Below are positions 1 through 12,818 of a DNA stretch of 40,883 nucleotides, in pieces. The position numbers and the translations under genes were made by a program. Origin of the DNA: Catajapyx aquilonaris (taxonomy: Eukaryota); the NCBI GenBank assembly GCA_000934665.2, contig JYFJ02003505.1, positions 1-40,883 on the forward strand, read 5' to 3'. Position 1 is the stretch's first letter, and each line of letters begins with the position of its first letter. The notes under the pieces are model-generated. The model worked only from the letters and a program-made list of their open reading frames with translations. It was not told the DNA's origin and made no database searches.

Positions 1-81
1 CTGTCAGGGAATTGGCGGTAAAAGATTTTGGCTGTCAGGGCTTTTGGCTGTCATCGTTTTTGGCTGTCAGGCAGGCGACCC
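1..81. mobile_element. Probable right end of a non-autonomous DNA transposon whose terminus is built of ~16-bp tandem repeats (Mutator/foldback-like); truncated by the window edge
   Basis: TTTTGGCTGTCA recurs at 26, 42 and 58 (16-bp period), with a partial copy CTGTCAGGG at 1. The array ends in GGCGACCC at 81. Partner TIR and TSD would lie outside the window. Confidence 0.4.
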
Positions 82-2043
82 GAGCAGTTACCTTGTCAGA
101 TATAGGTAATGGTGGGTAACGGCAACATTATACAAATTGTATGGGATGGGCAGAGTGTGTCGAATTTGAAATCCCAGTTGAAACGAACCTCATTCTGTGC
201 CTATACGTATGTGCGTATAATCGTATATGAAGGGATTTCATATTTTGTATGCTGTAGTCACGAGCCAGCAATTAGGGAAGCATGCAGCATGAAACAACAC
301 GGCACGTAGAGGCAGCTTCACATTTACTACATAATTACATTGAGAATAATGAAGGGGTAACTCCATTATCTTCATCCTGTTATAACTGAGGTATATATAC
401 TCTCATATGCTTGCTCATAATTATGTCTAAAGATGCAATCTCACTCAGGTACGAACATGGCTGAAGGTTCTAATCCACCGAATTTATGGTCGGATTTCAT
501 ATCGATCCAGTAGTAAGTCGGTGTATGCGTTACATATATTGCTGGGTATAATATGTACTAGGCATTACCTTGATGAAAATGGATTATGCCCAGGCATACA
601 GGTGAAACGGGTGAACCTATAACTGGACCTGTTTTTTATTATTCATTACAAGATGATTTTTGAAACTGCTTGTCGTCGTGTCTTAGCCAATTTTTCACTT
701 GTATTTTCGTTTTAGAAACATGGCACAGAAAGTTCTGTATAGGCATACTGTATAATTTATTCACTTCCGATAGGATAGCACAGATGGACATTCGCAAGTC
801 ATCTGCAACGTTGATTAATAATAATATAGTGAGTATTATATCATGCTCAAAGGTATAACGGAAACATTCATTTGAAAGGCTGGGATGACTGGATGTGCTG
901 AATGATGTGACTGATCTTCATAATGTCTGTGCCATAAATTAAAAGTATATGCATCCGCGACCGAGCACACCATGCTTTTATGTTATGAGCAAACGTAGAA
1001 GCGGCATGTCCTTCTAACGTTCTCACAACCCAGCAGATGCCTCTGGAGTTATTCACACTATTCTGTACCATTGTCACGAACTCCTGAAACTGGTCATCCT
1101 GAGTGTTAAGTGTCCATAACTTGCGTCCGTTAATTTCCCCTTCCCATGCAATGTGGTCTACGTCCGGTCATCTTCTATATAAAAAAATCTATTTTGCAAT
1201 GTTCCACATCACCTGGCTTTACGCTTCGTGGTATATGGCACAGAAGTGAAATAAATCGCGTTACCGGCATTGACAAGCGGCGCAGACATACTTAACGGGA
1301 TTAGGTCGAGAGAGAAGCCATAATGGCAATATTGATGGTACCCTCTTTTTTCCTCAGGTTCTGGAAAGACGTATAGTAAAGTCGAAGTGAACGTTGTCAC
1401 CGATTCAATTATATGCCGAGATTCCTCTATATATCCCCGGAGGAGAAGATAGAGCTAGGCTTCATTTCACTCCGCGTCACTTCCAATGTTGCAGCCAGGC
1501 TTCCGCGGAAATGGACTTCTTTGCAGAGGGATTTTCTGAACCACGTCCTGTGTAACCTTTCCACCTCTACTTCCACTAATGTGCTTTAAAACACACTCTG
1601 AACATACGCTCAGCTAGAAAGCCCCTGTCATGTACAGGATGTGGCCGGAATCTACATCCCCTGAATTTGTTTTACATCATGCAGGTCAAGTACAAAGATA
1701 GTTTAATTTTCTGCTGCTGATATTTTATGGCAGGCCTTTCCGACATTTTAGAGCCCATTTTAGACCGTGTTAGGATATAGTGGCCGATGCCTTAGAGACG
1801 ACGGGGGTTCGCTGATGAGCTTGTTCATTTTATTCATGCAAAACAGTCTCGAATCGATCCAGACGTACAATGCTGGTATAGTCAAGCAAGGGACCTATTT
1901 TAGCCATAAAAATGTAAATTACTATCTAGAAGGTACGGCGCTCCAGTCACGTGGGTTTTTTTCCCTTCTCTCTCCGCGATCTTTTCTTCACAAAGTTCTT
2001 GCCACCCAATTAGCAGAATGGCACATTTGCGCAGTGTATGAAG

Positions 2044-2093
2044 ATCTTTTCTGGAAGGCTGATCTGGAACTTGTGAAGAATTTCAAGTACCTG
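2044..2093 (+). mobile_element. Tiny relic of a non-LTR retrotransposon reverse transcriptase (thumb-region motif)
   Basis: Translates ...ADLELVKNFKYL, resembling the LExVxxFKYLG motif common in LINE ORF2. Flanking sequence shows no further RT similarity. Confidence 0.3.
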
Positions 2094-5000
2094 CATTTGA
2101 TTAATATACCGTGTCGTTTTTCAGGACTTATTATCCATAGCACAAGCGAAGAAGTGTGAATAAAGCATAAGTCTGTACTGAACAACCGTTTCATGGAATG
2201 TGTCTGATATTCTGGACTGCATACGGTATTCTTCACATTATTATTTACACCTACTATGTGTTAGCTACTATTAATAATATAACAAATAATGAGTTTATTC
2301 CAGTAAGCTTCAGTAGCATTATAATTTCCAAATCTCTGCAATTTGACGTGGAGGTGGGGATTCAAATATTTCTATTGTTATTTCGACAGTTTGTGATTTA
2401 GTATGAACAAAGCCTAATGCTAAGTGGACAGTACTTAAATTAATAGTGGCGATAAAAGCACGTACTGTACTGTACATTACAAAATATATTCAGCCTATAA
2501 TTGACATGGTGGACATTGCATTATTTATTTCCGGATTACTGTTAGATATATGAATAACGTACAGTACGTCCCAAAAAGGTCAAATGTACAGAGTTAATTA
2601 TTGAAATATCCACTTTAGAGTTTAGTTATCAATTTTTGGTACTAATTGCGTATTTTACACACATTCCTTGGTAATACTTACACCTATCGAGCGCCATGTT
2701 GTGCAATAAAAGAAGGAAGGAAGGATGGGCACTGGAGAGCCAGACGCGTATTTTTTGGTGCTTGTGGGGAGGACGAAGTAAGTTAGACGCATGGATGTTG
2801 ACGGTTGGCATTGGCGATTCTTGGTAGCTCTGCGCAGTGCCCTTAGGGGGTAAACCGATAGTCGGCTTCCACATGCAACAGCGTGCTATAGTGGAAGTCA
2901 CTGGACCATACTTGCCCACGTCCGTTGCATCCAAATGAAACTTTCCACTCTTATGTGGCACGCGCGATTATTTAAAACTCCTGAATGCTGAATTCAAGGT
3001 ACACCAGACCTTTTAAGGCGGTTATTATATTCGTAATAACGAACTTTACACAATGACAGGCTAAGGTCAGAATACGGGCATTTTTTCTTATATGGTACGG
3101 AATGCTTCAGTCAACCCCCAGGGCTTTCGGAGGCCAGTTTAACACCAAGAAAGTGGCAAGGAAATGGTTTATGCCATCCAAGTAAAAGGTTTCCGCAAAA
3201 ATTCTTTTCCAAAGTGACAACCTACTCTCCACTGGGTTAGACTTAATAATTTATGAAGCCTCAAGTTCATTTTGCAGAAAGACAGTCCCTGTGGAAACTC
3301 GATATAGGACTGACATTGCCATGATCTAGCCATACATGCGCTTTGCCTTTTGCAAACTTCCTTTAAAATATGCAGTTCCCCACCTCTCACCCCAACCAAA
3401 CCTTTCCCATGTAGCAATGACCTGTAGCACATCCGCAGCAAATGAACATTTGTACAATTATAAGGAGAGTTGAAAAGTTGCCAACAGTATAAGTGCCAGG
3501 TGAATTTGGCACTAATACACAGTTAATGTATTGAAAAACCTGTGAGACAATTCATCTCTACCCACACCCTGTTTCACCTTGAGCTCTATATGGATTAGAT
3601 GATTACTCCAGGCAAAAGTACAGCAATTTTTCAGTCTGTTTGTATTCCTCTTTAATCGACATAGAGTGCCGGTTATTATAAGGACTAGAGGACCTCTGAG
3701 ACATCCAACGTGGCCCGGACCTGTAAATACGGCGGATTAGAGCTTCTCAAGGCTCCGAGCTTGTCTCCTGGGAAACAAGCGCATATAGGACAGGACCTGT
3801 TGCTATGCACAAGGAATATAGGGATCCTAGACAAGTTTACTAGATTGCCGCAGTTTGCTTTAGAGGTTTGCAGAATCGGAATTAATGTAAGGGAAGTAAG
3901 TAGTGAGAAAATGCCGGCTTTCATCCCATACCAAACCGGGCCTGAGGCCAATTAATAGACTTGCAAATTGATGATTTAATTACGCAGGTGATAAGCCGCC
4001 CCGTTGCCCGACTCTATTATTTAATGAAGCAGGTTGATTATGTTTGCAGGCAACTCTTCTCTCTACTTGTTGCCCCGCCTTTCACCATCCGAATAGATCT
4101 ATGAAAAGCCCCTGCAGCCCCATCCGTATAACCAACCTCGAGGCGGGAGATTTATTTCTGGAAGAGTTTTATGACCCACTCAAAGGGACTTGTTTATGTC
4201 AAATCGCGGTGGAGAAACTCTGGTTAAGTAACTACACCGTATATTTTAGTTTTAAAAAAAATACGAATTGCCGAATATAGGAAGCAACACCTTATTGACA
4301 TTTGGGGATTTACACGAGACGGATTAAATGACGGGTACATCCCTTTCATCTAGGGATGTAATCCCAGACGGTTTGGTTTGCGGCGATGTAGCTTCGGGTC
4401 AAAGGTACCTTTGCAGTGAATGACTGAGAAGCAGAGAGAGAAAAATGGATCTGAGTGTAACCACAAAAGGGCCGTTTCGGACGGGGGGAGGGCAGCAATT
4501 AAGCCGTGGCAAAGCGCCTCAAAGAGCATGCACCGGAAACCCCCCTCACCTCCTTCCCTCCCCTACCCCCCTTCACTCATTTACGCTCATTACTGATTGT
4601 TCCCCACACTGGGACCAATTTGCACTCTGCCCCCTATTAAACTTGCCTCGCCACCGCGCCCACATTTATTCTCCCCGATGCTTTCAATAATTATATAGCC
4701 GCAACGTCCTCTGGAAACTCGTCGCAATAAGGTAGCCATTTTCACGTGTCAGGTGAGTTCGAGCACACGTACGCATGGTACTAGGATAGTGTTGTGGAGG
4801 AAATTGGTCGTGTGACAATTTGGAAGGTCCTCATTTCCTGTGCCTTTTAACAGTAGTTGGGCCTTTTTGATGAAAGGTTAGATTTCGTTGCAAATTGGGA
4901 TGGTGCAGGATGTGGGATGAAATCTGAGTTTCTGTCAGGAAGATGGATTTGTGAGAAGGAAAGGTTAAAGGTCAGAAGTTGTTAACAACAGCAATGCTAC

Positions 5001-5437
5001 GTGGCTTGCATGTATTACATCGTGCAGGTCTTCGTTGAATGGAAAGTGGATCAGTTTTATTTTTTCTTCGGTGTATAGCCTGATGTAGAGGTTAGTTATA
5101 AAGGAATTGCAAATGGGCCACGTCTTTAATATATCATTTTTGAAATCCTGGCCTGATAAGTACACTCGTATCGTAATCGCAAGACTGTGATCAGTATACG
5201 GTGTAGTATTTATTAACGCTAGCCATATTTCATCGACCTGTCACATTAGTTCTATATGCAATTCACCTGAATCCCGTGGCTATCGGTATACCGCAGTATA
5301 TCCGTAGATAAGGCAAAAGTGAACTTATCAGAGTTTGAAAAAGCAGCCACACTTCACGTCACACCAATGCAATGTCGTTGATGATTTTATCAATCGCATA
5401 GAAATTCTTCAACATAAACATTTCAGTAAAGATCCAT

Positions 5438-5438
<1 letters not shown>

Positions 5439-5498
<60 letters not shown>

Positions 5499-5509
5499 TA
5501 ATAATAATA
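5439..5509. repeat. (AAT)n microsatellite, 19 units + GAT + 3 units
   Basis: Direct reading of the sequence. Confidence 0.97.
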
Positions 5510-8500
5510 CTTTATACCTGCGGACTTTTTACATATTCAAGTATAGCTTACTGTATTACATCCAGAAAAATTCACTTTGCATAGTGCTACGTACAGTACA
5601 TTGACAAAATACAAATTGTCGCCGCCTTCTGGCTGTCATATGCACTTTATAAGATAAATGTGACTTCGTTTATACAATTGATTTAATGTATATGGTGACC
5701 TTTTTTTCCCCTTACTCCCACTCTCAGTGGTAGTATTGAAAGCGTGGCACAAATTGTGCCGTAAAGAAGATAATAAATAGGACAATCTCATAATGGACGT
5801 AAAAAAATTTCTTTCCCAGACTTCCTGGCGCGGCACTTTTTCCTCTCCAGCTCCTTCTTCGGCCACCGGGAATCAAATACAACCGAGGATATTTCAGGAG
5901 TCTGGATGTGGAGGGGGGTTAAAGAAATAGGAAATTTCTTCCAGGAGGCACAAGGGCCGTAAAAAAGGAGAAGGTGCTCTCTCCAAAGGCCTCTAAAGTC
6001 AGCGGCCAGTGGCCGGCAATAAACAATCCCAGAGGAATGGGAATAAAACGTCCTGAAACGGGCCACAAACGATTTGACCTTGACTCTGAACACCCCAGGT
6101 CGGACGCAATATTTTCTGGACAGCTTTCTGACCTCTACAGGGTGTGGCAAATTGGCCCACTTCCTCTATGACTGCATTCTGAGGCTATATGAACCTGGTT
6201 TTGGTGACACGAATGGTCATCCTGTAGGTCAGGCAACACACGCATGTTGGGTTCTCGGTGGGTCGTATTATTACTAAAATGAGATTATATATGTAGAAAC
6301 CCCTAACTAGCAAAATTAACTATAGAGTAATTTCCTTCTTCAAATATTGCTAAAAATCTTCAGTTCAAGAGATAGTACGTCAATTCTGCAACATCTTGTG
6401 TTTACGCGTATAGCCCCTATACACAATCGTGTTGTCAACATTTGATATTTTAAAAATGATGGCTAAATAGTTGGGCGTGCATGTAGATTATATTTAGTGG
6501 GCGATATAATAACGCCAGAGCTGTCGGAAGCCGGTTGCTCTGGCAACCCTTCTTCCCACTTACGAGTTATACCAGCTTCCCTTTTCCCAGGGCACCACAA
6601 TTTCCTCCTCTTTCGTCGAAGCCTCAAATCTAATATCGTTCGCTTCTTCCCTCGTTCACCTTTCTAAATGTTTCTCATCTATTAGCCGAGTCACAATTGA
6701 ACTCCTGGAAACTGCGGTGGGAGAAATTACATCGCCCACTTTTCTTCCGGGACAAAAGTGTTTGTAGGAGGCGGTGTTGAAATTTATTGAACTGTGACAT
6801 ATATCTCCAGCTTGCAATTATTTGAACAAATCTTGATAATGGGACGTTACTGGAAAATGGTACCCAAGGTGGGCCCTATATATGCATTTGTTGAAAAGAA
6901 GGGGAAATATTGAATTCCAATTCCGGATTGAATGAGAGCCTTAGTTGGGACTGTGGAAAGGGCAGCTTTATATCACTTGGTCTAACTGGCTTCCCCCCAA
7001 AATTCTAATGTCCATCCATGCAAACCTGGCGCCCTCCATTCTGGTTCCCCTCCCAAATGTCAAGGGGCACTTTTACGTGTATAATTCCGACGAGTCCTAT
7101 GAACTTGGGAGCCCCACATAAAAGTGAATATCCTAATAGACTCTCGGCGCCCGAATTGAACCATTCCTGGAAATCGCTAGTGGAGCACAGACATGAGGAG
7201 GAGTGTACCGTTCTATATATGATTATTCCAAATGTCGATTGAAGCCTTGAAGCAGTTTGAATCATGCCGTCGATCAGATGTGTCTGCAAGTGAACAAGTG
7301 TTCGCATCTCATCACCTTCACCCACACGTGTAGCTATATTTTGGGTTATGTAGGTTAGACAGCCGACACGTTTCGTTTTTCTTTATTATGATTTTTTTTC
7401 TCTCTTCTCCTTGGACCTGCCGTGAGGCTAAAGGGTGCGTGATTGTTGCGCCAGACTGCATCCAGCCTGATGAGAAATGAAGTTTGTTTCATATAAAAAA
7501 CTTTGTGGAGCTGCATCTGGACCCTCTCAATCCGGAGACATTTTGGGAGGGTCGGCCTTCTGATCTAATATATACAGCACTTTGTAACAGAAGGACGAAG
7601 AATCATGGACTGGAAGGAGGTGGAGGGGATGTAATAATAATAAAATAGACCTGCAAAAGAAACAAGGCATCGATCCTCATGTTTGTCTAGAAAAGACAGG
7701 AGGCTGCTTCCAGTAAAGAAGGATGGAGGGAAAAAGAATTGAAGCCTGAGAAGACTGTGCTGTTGCGAGGTGCGTTGGAGTAAAAGGAACACATCCCTGA
7801 TGTCGCGATCTCATTACTTCCACTACAGGGAGGCAGCTTGATAAAGGCTGATAAAGACATCAGGTCACTTCTTTAAACGGAACACAATGTTAAAGAAGCA
7901 CTGTCCACACGTTCAGGACTCTCTCGCAATATATTGTTGAATAATGTACTTCATATTAATTATTGAAATGTGCAGATCACTTCTTGACACTACTATAGTG
8001 CTGATGGTTTCATAGTACCAGGATACGTTTGTCTAAAACTGATTTTTTTTTGGCATAGATTAACCCTATATATACAGCGTATATATAGGCAACGTGCGAG
8101 TGAAATATTCAATTAATGTTCACTAATTGAGGCGATATTAGCACTGACGACTCGAAATGGGTGCTAATGTGCGTGATGTGGAAATGCGGCGTTTTATCAC
8201 GCATTAAGGGCTTTCCCCTAATCGCAATAAAACAAAATGCACTAATCAGGCCCCAGCGCAATTTAGCATCAGTAATGCTAATTTCCACACCTTTCCCGCC
8301 AAATAATACACCAAACTGCAACACATGCGCCCACATGTATTTATTTGGACTAGATGAAACTCCTTATCGACAAGCGATATTTTCTCCTTGAAAAGCTCTT
8401 TAGAGGCGTTGCTGTAATTAGCAAGTGGAAACGAGATGCATGTTATAAAAAGAAGGAGGGAGATGGATTGGAGCAAGTGTGGTGCAGTGGAGGATGGGCA

Positions 8501-9122
8501 TTCCATCTTGGTCAGAAGGCGAGAGGCCCGAGTTTTGCGTTAGTTTGTGAGGAATTAGGGTGGGCTGCGAGCATGCAAGAGATGAGCTGTACTCGGGAAC
8601 AAATGATTCCCAGAAGGCCCCAGGCCGCTTCTCTCGTCTTTCTGAAATTCATCCGATGTTTGGTCAGTTCCAGGGAATAAGCCTCTTGATACTATAGTCT
8701 ACTGTATATACATGCGATTTCATTTGTGGACGCCCATTGATTTTCAGACACTGTTGTATCCGGGTTTTTGAAGGGGTTCCAACCTATATTGGAAGTATCG
8801 ACGAGTATCGCTTAATGACCGAATTAATACGCGATGCATCAATTAAAGAGAATGGTTTTTGGGTTATCGGGCCGGTTATTAGAGTTGAACATTGTATGTT
8901 TTTCCGATCGATTCCACTCTTCGCTGTTTCATTCGTCATTTGGGCAAATTCATATACGCACCTCTAACCCCACCCCCGGGCTCCACAACCTTCTCCAATT
9001 TCCCGAATTATGGTGATTGGCAATGGTTGATTGGGGCAACTGTTTGTTATGGTGGTAAGCCACAGTGCGGTTGATTGATCCTCCAATCCCAGCTTAAAGC
9101 TCAATCCTTATATCAGACCCAT

Positions 9123-9123
<1 letters not shown>

Positions 9124-9205
<82 letters not shown>
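9124..9205. repeat. (AAT)27 perfect microsatellite
   Basis: Direct reading; AAT units run 9125-9205. Confidence 0.98.
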
Positions 9206-9207
<2 letters not shown>

Positions 9208-11522
9208 TGCGGACTTTTGTTTTGTTTCAGGTGAGACAACATTTCTGCCTGGCAGGTATGCGTTGCTAAACAACAAGTCAAGGAGAAGCCATCTCTCTGG
9301 GAGACGTGAGTGAAAAAGAATATTTCCATGGTAACCACGGGTTATTCCAAAGAAAGTTGGAGCCTTATCGCTCTCGACGGGCTTTTTTATCCTTAAGAAA
9401 ATGAGATCCTCAGTTGCTAGCCTTCACCTGCCGGCTTCTTTTCTGCGGGAAGGGAAATGCAACACATTCAGCCTAAGGGACGTAGGAATTACACTGGCCC
9501 TGCATGTCTCCTGATAACACTCTCTGAAATCTTTTCCAGGCTGCGCGAGAAGCTTCCATTATATATAACCAACTTATTCCTGCATCTTGCATTTAGACTG
9601 GCCCTTTTGTACTATCAGAAGATATGACCTACGATATTGTTTCCCGGCTGGACAGCTAATTTCAGCTTAAAACGGCAACAATTTACAAAACTTTTTAATA
9701 GTTGTCCGATGTGATCGGAGGAGTCCAGTTAACTTTCCACAAAGTTTAATTTGAAAAATTAAGTAGAAAACTTCTGAGAGATTTCATTACCTGCAAGTTT
9801 CGGGAAATGTATAGCACGGGCGTAAATAGTTGGCGAGGACTTTCGCTCCCCAAGAATAAGGACCGGATATTAAATCCCGTATTATTATTTATGACGAAAG
9901 GTGAAAAATATCGACCGCCTCCGCACTCCTTATTTCTCCTTATTGAAGCCGGCACAAATTGGACACCTGCGACGACCCGGTTTCATTCATCCGGAACTCT
10001 TGGAATATCGGATCCAAGAACCTTGCGTTCATCCAAAGCGGGGATGGGAACCCAATTAGATTACAAGGCTTATAGGAAGATGGCCGGAGGAGGTATTTAT
10101 GTGATTTGGGGGGTGTACTTTTCACCGTCAATCTAAGACGTGTTTAACACAGCGAAAAAGGAGGGTCTCGAATATAATCTGGTGGAAAGTGCGGCCATTT
10201 TGATCTAGTACAAAAAAAATTGATCGGGAATATGAAACTCGACGCGACTTTGAATAATTAGATCGCCCGTCACACTTCGGTTGCAGGTTGCGAAATCCTA
10301 AAGCCTATATACGTGGTTACACTCGCGATCTGTCGCCTTCAGCTTGTCACTATCTCGACGAAGGACCCCAGGGGGGAATTTGTATTCATGTATGCTTTAG
10401 GAGAGTAGACTGAGTGGAAACCAGTCCGATTGAAAGCGATAAGAAGGTCTCCTGTTGAAATACACTACGACACCACTAAAATGCCGAACCGTTTTCGGTT
10501 TTTTGTGATGTCTATATACTGGCTTTCATACACTCTGAGGAGTGTGTTAGGACCGGGTTTGGTCTGGACGAAAAGCATTCAGGAGTCGTTCAGGCTTTAC
10601 ATTGACTTTTGAGAACGACAGATGCCGGAAAATGCAATCTTAAAGACTTAATGATGCTACGGTGCGGTACAGATTATATATTTAATTGTACTACAGAGTA
10701 TCGCATACTCCAGGTACAGTATTTGTCAAGTATTGGCAAATCCAATCTGAGCTCTTTCGGATAATCCCCTTAATTCGCTGACAAACAGGTAATGCCGCCA
10801 CATAAACCGGTATGCTATAGACCGACCCCATACTGACGAGTATTGCTGATAAGCTATCATTATAAGTTTTAGGATAAAATCAATCACAAGCGCTGATATT
10901 ACCCCATTTGCGATCTGTCTACATTTTTACGTACGCACCATTAATATAAGTACCGCATCTGTTTGCAGAGGATTACAATTTGGTAGCAGCGGGTGCAGAA
11001 TAATGCTAATGTTGCCAAAACTTGTCAGTCATAATGATAGCCGAGCACTGTCGAAATATTGCCTTTCCAAACTGATTTTCTCCCCGCAACATATGTGTCC
11101 GGTTTGGCACAAAAAAGTGAACACGTGCAGGGCGATGTCCTGGCCTGATTAATTCATTAACTTTCCACCTTGGTTTATATCTGGAACCGGGTACATCCTG
11201 TTTACGAATCTGGGCTTTATAGTTGATACATCAGGATGAGACACCTAAAAAGAGTTTCGCAGGTTCCTAGTTCAGATTCAATCCTCCCCATTTTTTTGCA
11301 ACAATAATTGCATGACGGCCACTTGGCGCTTGGGGTTAACGCCATAACGCTTGTAAATGCGCGCCAATGCCAATCTCATTACTGACTCTCATTTGAAAAG
11401 CGCCTTCCATCCTCCCCAACCCTATTCCCACCCCCCAGTTTCCCTGCAGCAAACTCCCCCTCCCATCCCACGGTTTTCATCCCCGGTGACCTTCCAACAG
11501 ATTCCATAATCACACAGGGCTA

Positions 11523-11679
11523 TACGCATTATTCAGTCAGTTATATGCGACACCCAAAAATTGAACCGCCTCCGAAGTAGCGTCCTGCTGAAATATAGGG
11601 GACACAAAAATTGAAGTGTCCGAGTAGTAGCCTTAGCACCACTATTTTAAAAGGAAAATGCGATACGGGGGTTACAGTA
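11523..11679. mobile_element. Possible decayed pogo/Tc1-type MITE with an internal direct repeat
   Basis: Imperfect repeat GACAC(CC)AAAAATTGAA...TCCGA(A)GTAG at 11549-11580 and 11601-11627. Right end ...GGGGGTTACAGTA resembles TACxGTA-type termini. Left terminus is poorly conserved. Confidence 0.25.
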
Positions 11680-12697
11680 TGCGTAATGGATACTGTAATG
11701 TAGCCTCATAGACACTGTGTCATTTTTTTTGGGCATATCGATTATACTGTACACAGCAGTGCAGGACTCTATTGAGTGAATCGTAGAGTTGATCATATAG
11801 TTTTACCACGATAGTTTGGGACACTTATCGGTGTCTTGCAGGATTTTCAGGGACTATAGGTGGCTATATCCTTCTCTTTTTTCAGGTCTTACCCTGCAGT
11901 ACGTGATGTTGGAATCATAGTGTACCTATTTACTTTTCCTTTGAGCTCTCCATTTGCTCCTCGGTGCTGTTCGTGTGGTACAAAAGGATTGCTGAGGGGA
12001 AGTATAAAGAATATTTGGGAATCCTTGATCTCGTGAGCTTGCTTTTCAAGACTGTATGAAAAGAATTCCATCCACTGTCATGCCGTAAATAGTCTGTGCC
12101 GTGATCTGGAAGGGTATGTGAATTATTGGGGTGAGTAACCAAGTGAACGAGGAACTCTGTAATAAAGGGGTTCTAGTCTAGCTTTTACTGTTTTGGTTTT
12201 AAGTCACGAGGGAGTTGGTCAATATGAAATGGCTCGTGAAACTGAATTGAGCAAGGTAACTGCGTCAAATTAATGTCAAAATGAAGCATTGCATCTGGCA
12301 AATAGAGCACAATATTACCCACACATTTGTGGATGTCATTTCAGGTAGAGTGTAGATTGTCATGTTCGAAGACATGACAAGTGATGGAAATAGCAATGGA
12401 CGAAGAAAAAGCGAAATATTTGATCTGGATACTTTTTCGATTATTGATAAGCCGAAATTTCGTGAGAATATTATTTCATTTTTCCCCCACCCATATGAAG
12501 TATAGCCTGCTAGTGCTAGTGCCTGACGTGACGGTAGATATACAGATTTCTCTAACTTTCAAACCACGTCAATTGATTTATTGAGTTTTTATAGTCCAAA
12601 AATTTCGGAGGTTTACCTGCGCCTGATACCGTGAGTAACATCACAACGATTATTTCCGTAATACCGGGAGTCCAAATACGAAAACAGAGTAAGAGTT

Positions 12698-12818
12698 CAG
12701 CGGTTCTCATCAAAGTGCGGGGTCGTAAACTTATCAAAAATTCAATTATTTATTGGACGAGTTTTCTTGACGAAGACAGTCTTCAAAAGGCTGCGGTCAA
12801 AAAGTTTGAGAAACACTG
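12698..12818. mobile_element. hAT (Charlie-like) MITE, 121 bp
   Basis: Termini CAGCGGTTCTCA...TGAGAAACACTG (10/12 inverted match), with subterminal AAAGTGCGGGGTCG and AAAAAGTT typical of Charlie/MER5-like elements. The 8-bp flanks (TAAGAGTT / AACTGGAG) do not match, so it is an old or rearranged copy. Confidence 0.55.

Noticed and set aside
1..81. CRISPR-like repeat array
   Set aside because: Eukaryotic context, 4-nt spacers and no cas genes; better explained as a transposon terminus.
4333..4365. Short hairpins (9-bp stems here and at 32391-32424)
   Set aside because: Stems of this size are expected by chance in 41 kb; no associated Helitron end or TSD.
8141..8166. CTGACGA...GAAA hammerhead-like core
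   Set aside because: No stem II and no stem III/NUH cleavage triplet.
8892..8967. FIRHLGKFIY, reminiscent of LINE ORF2 C-termini, upstream of an (AAT)n tract
   Set aside because: No upstream zinc knuckle in any frame I checked and no TSD.
9075..9338. Poly-Ile/Leu/Tyr ORFs (and poly-Asn at 5335-5604)
   Set aside because: Translations of microsatellites.
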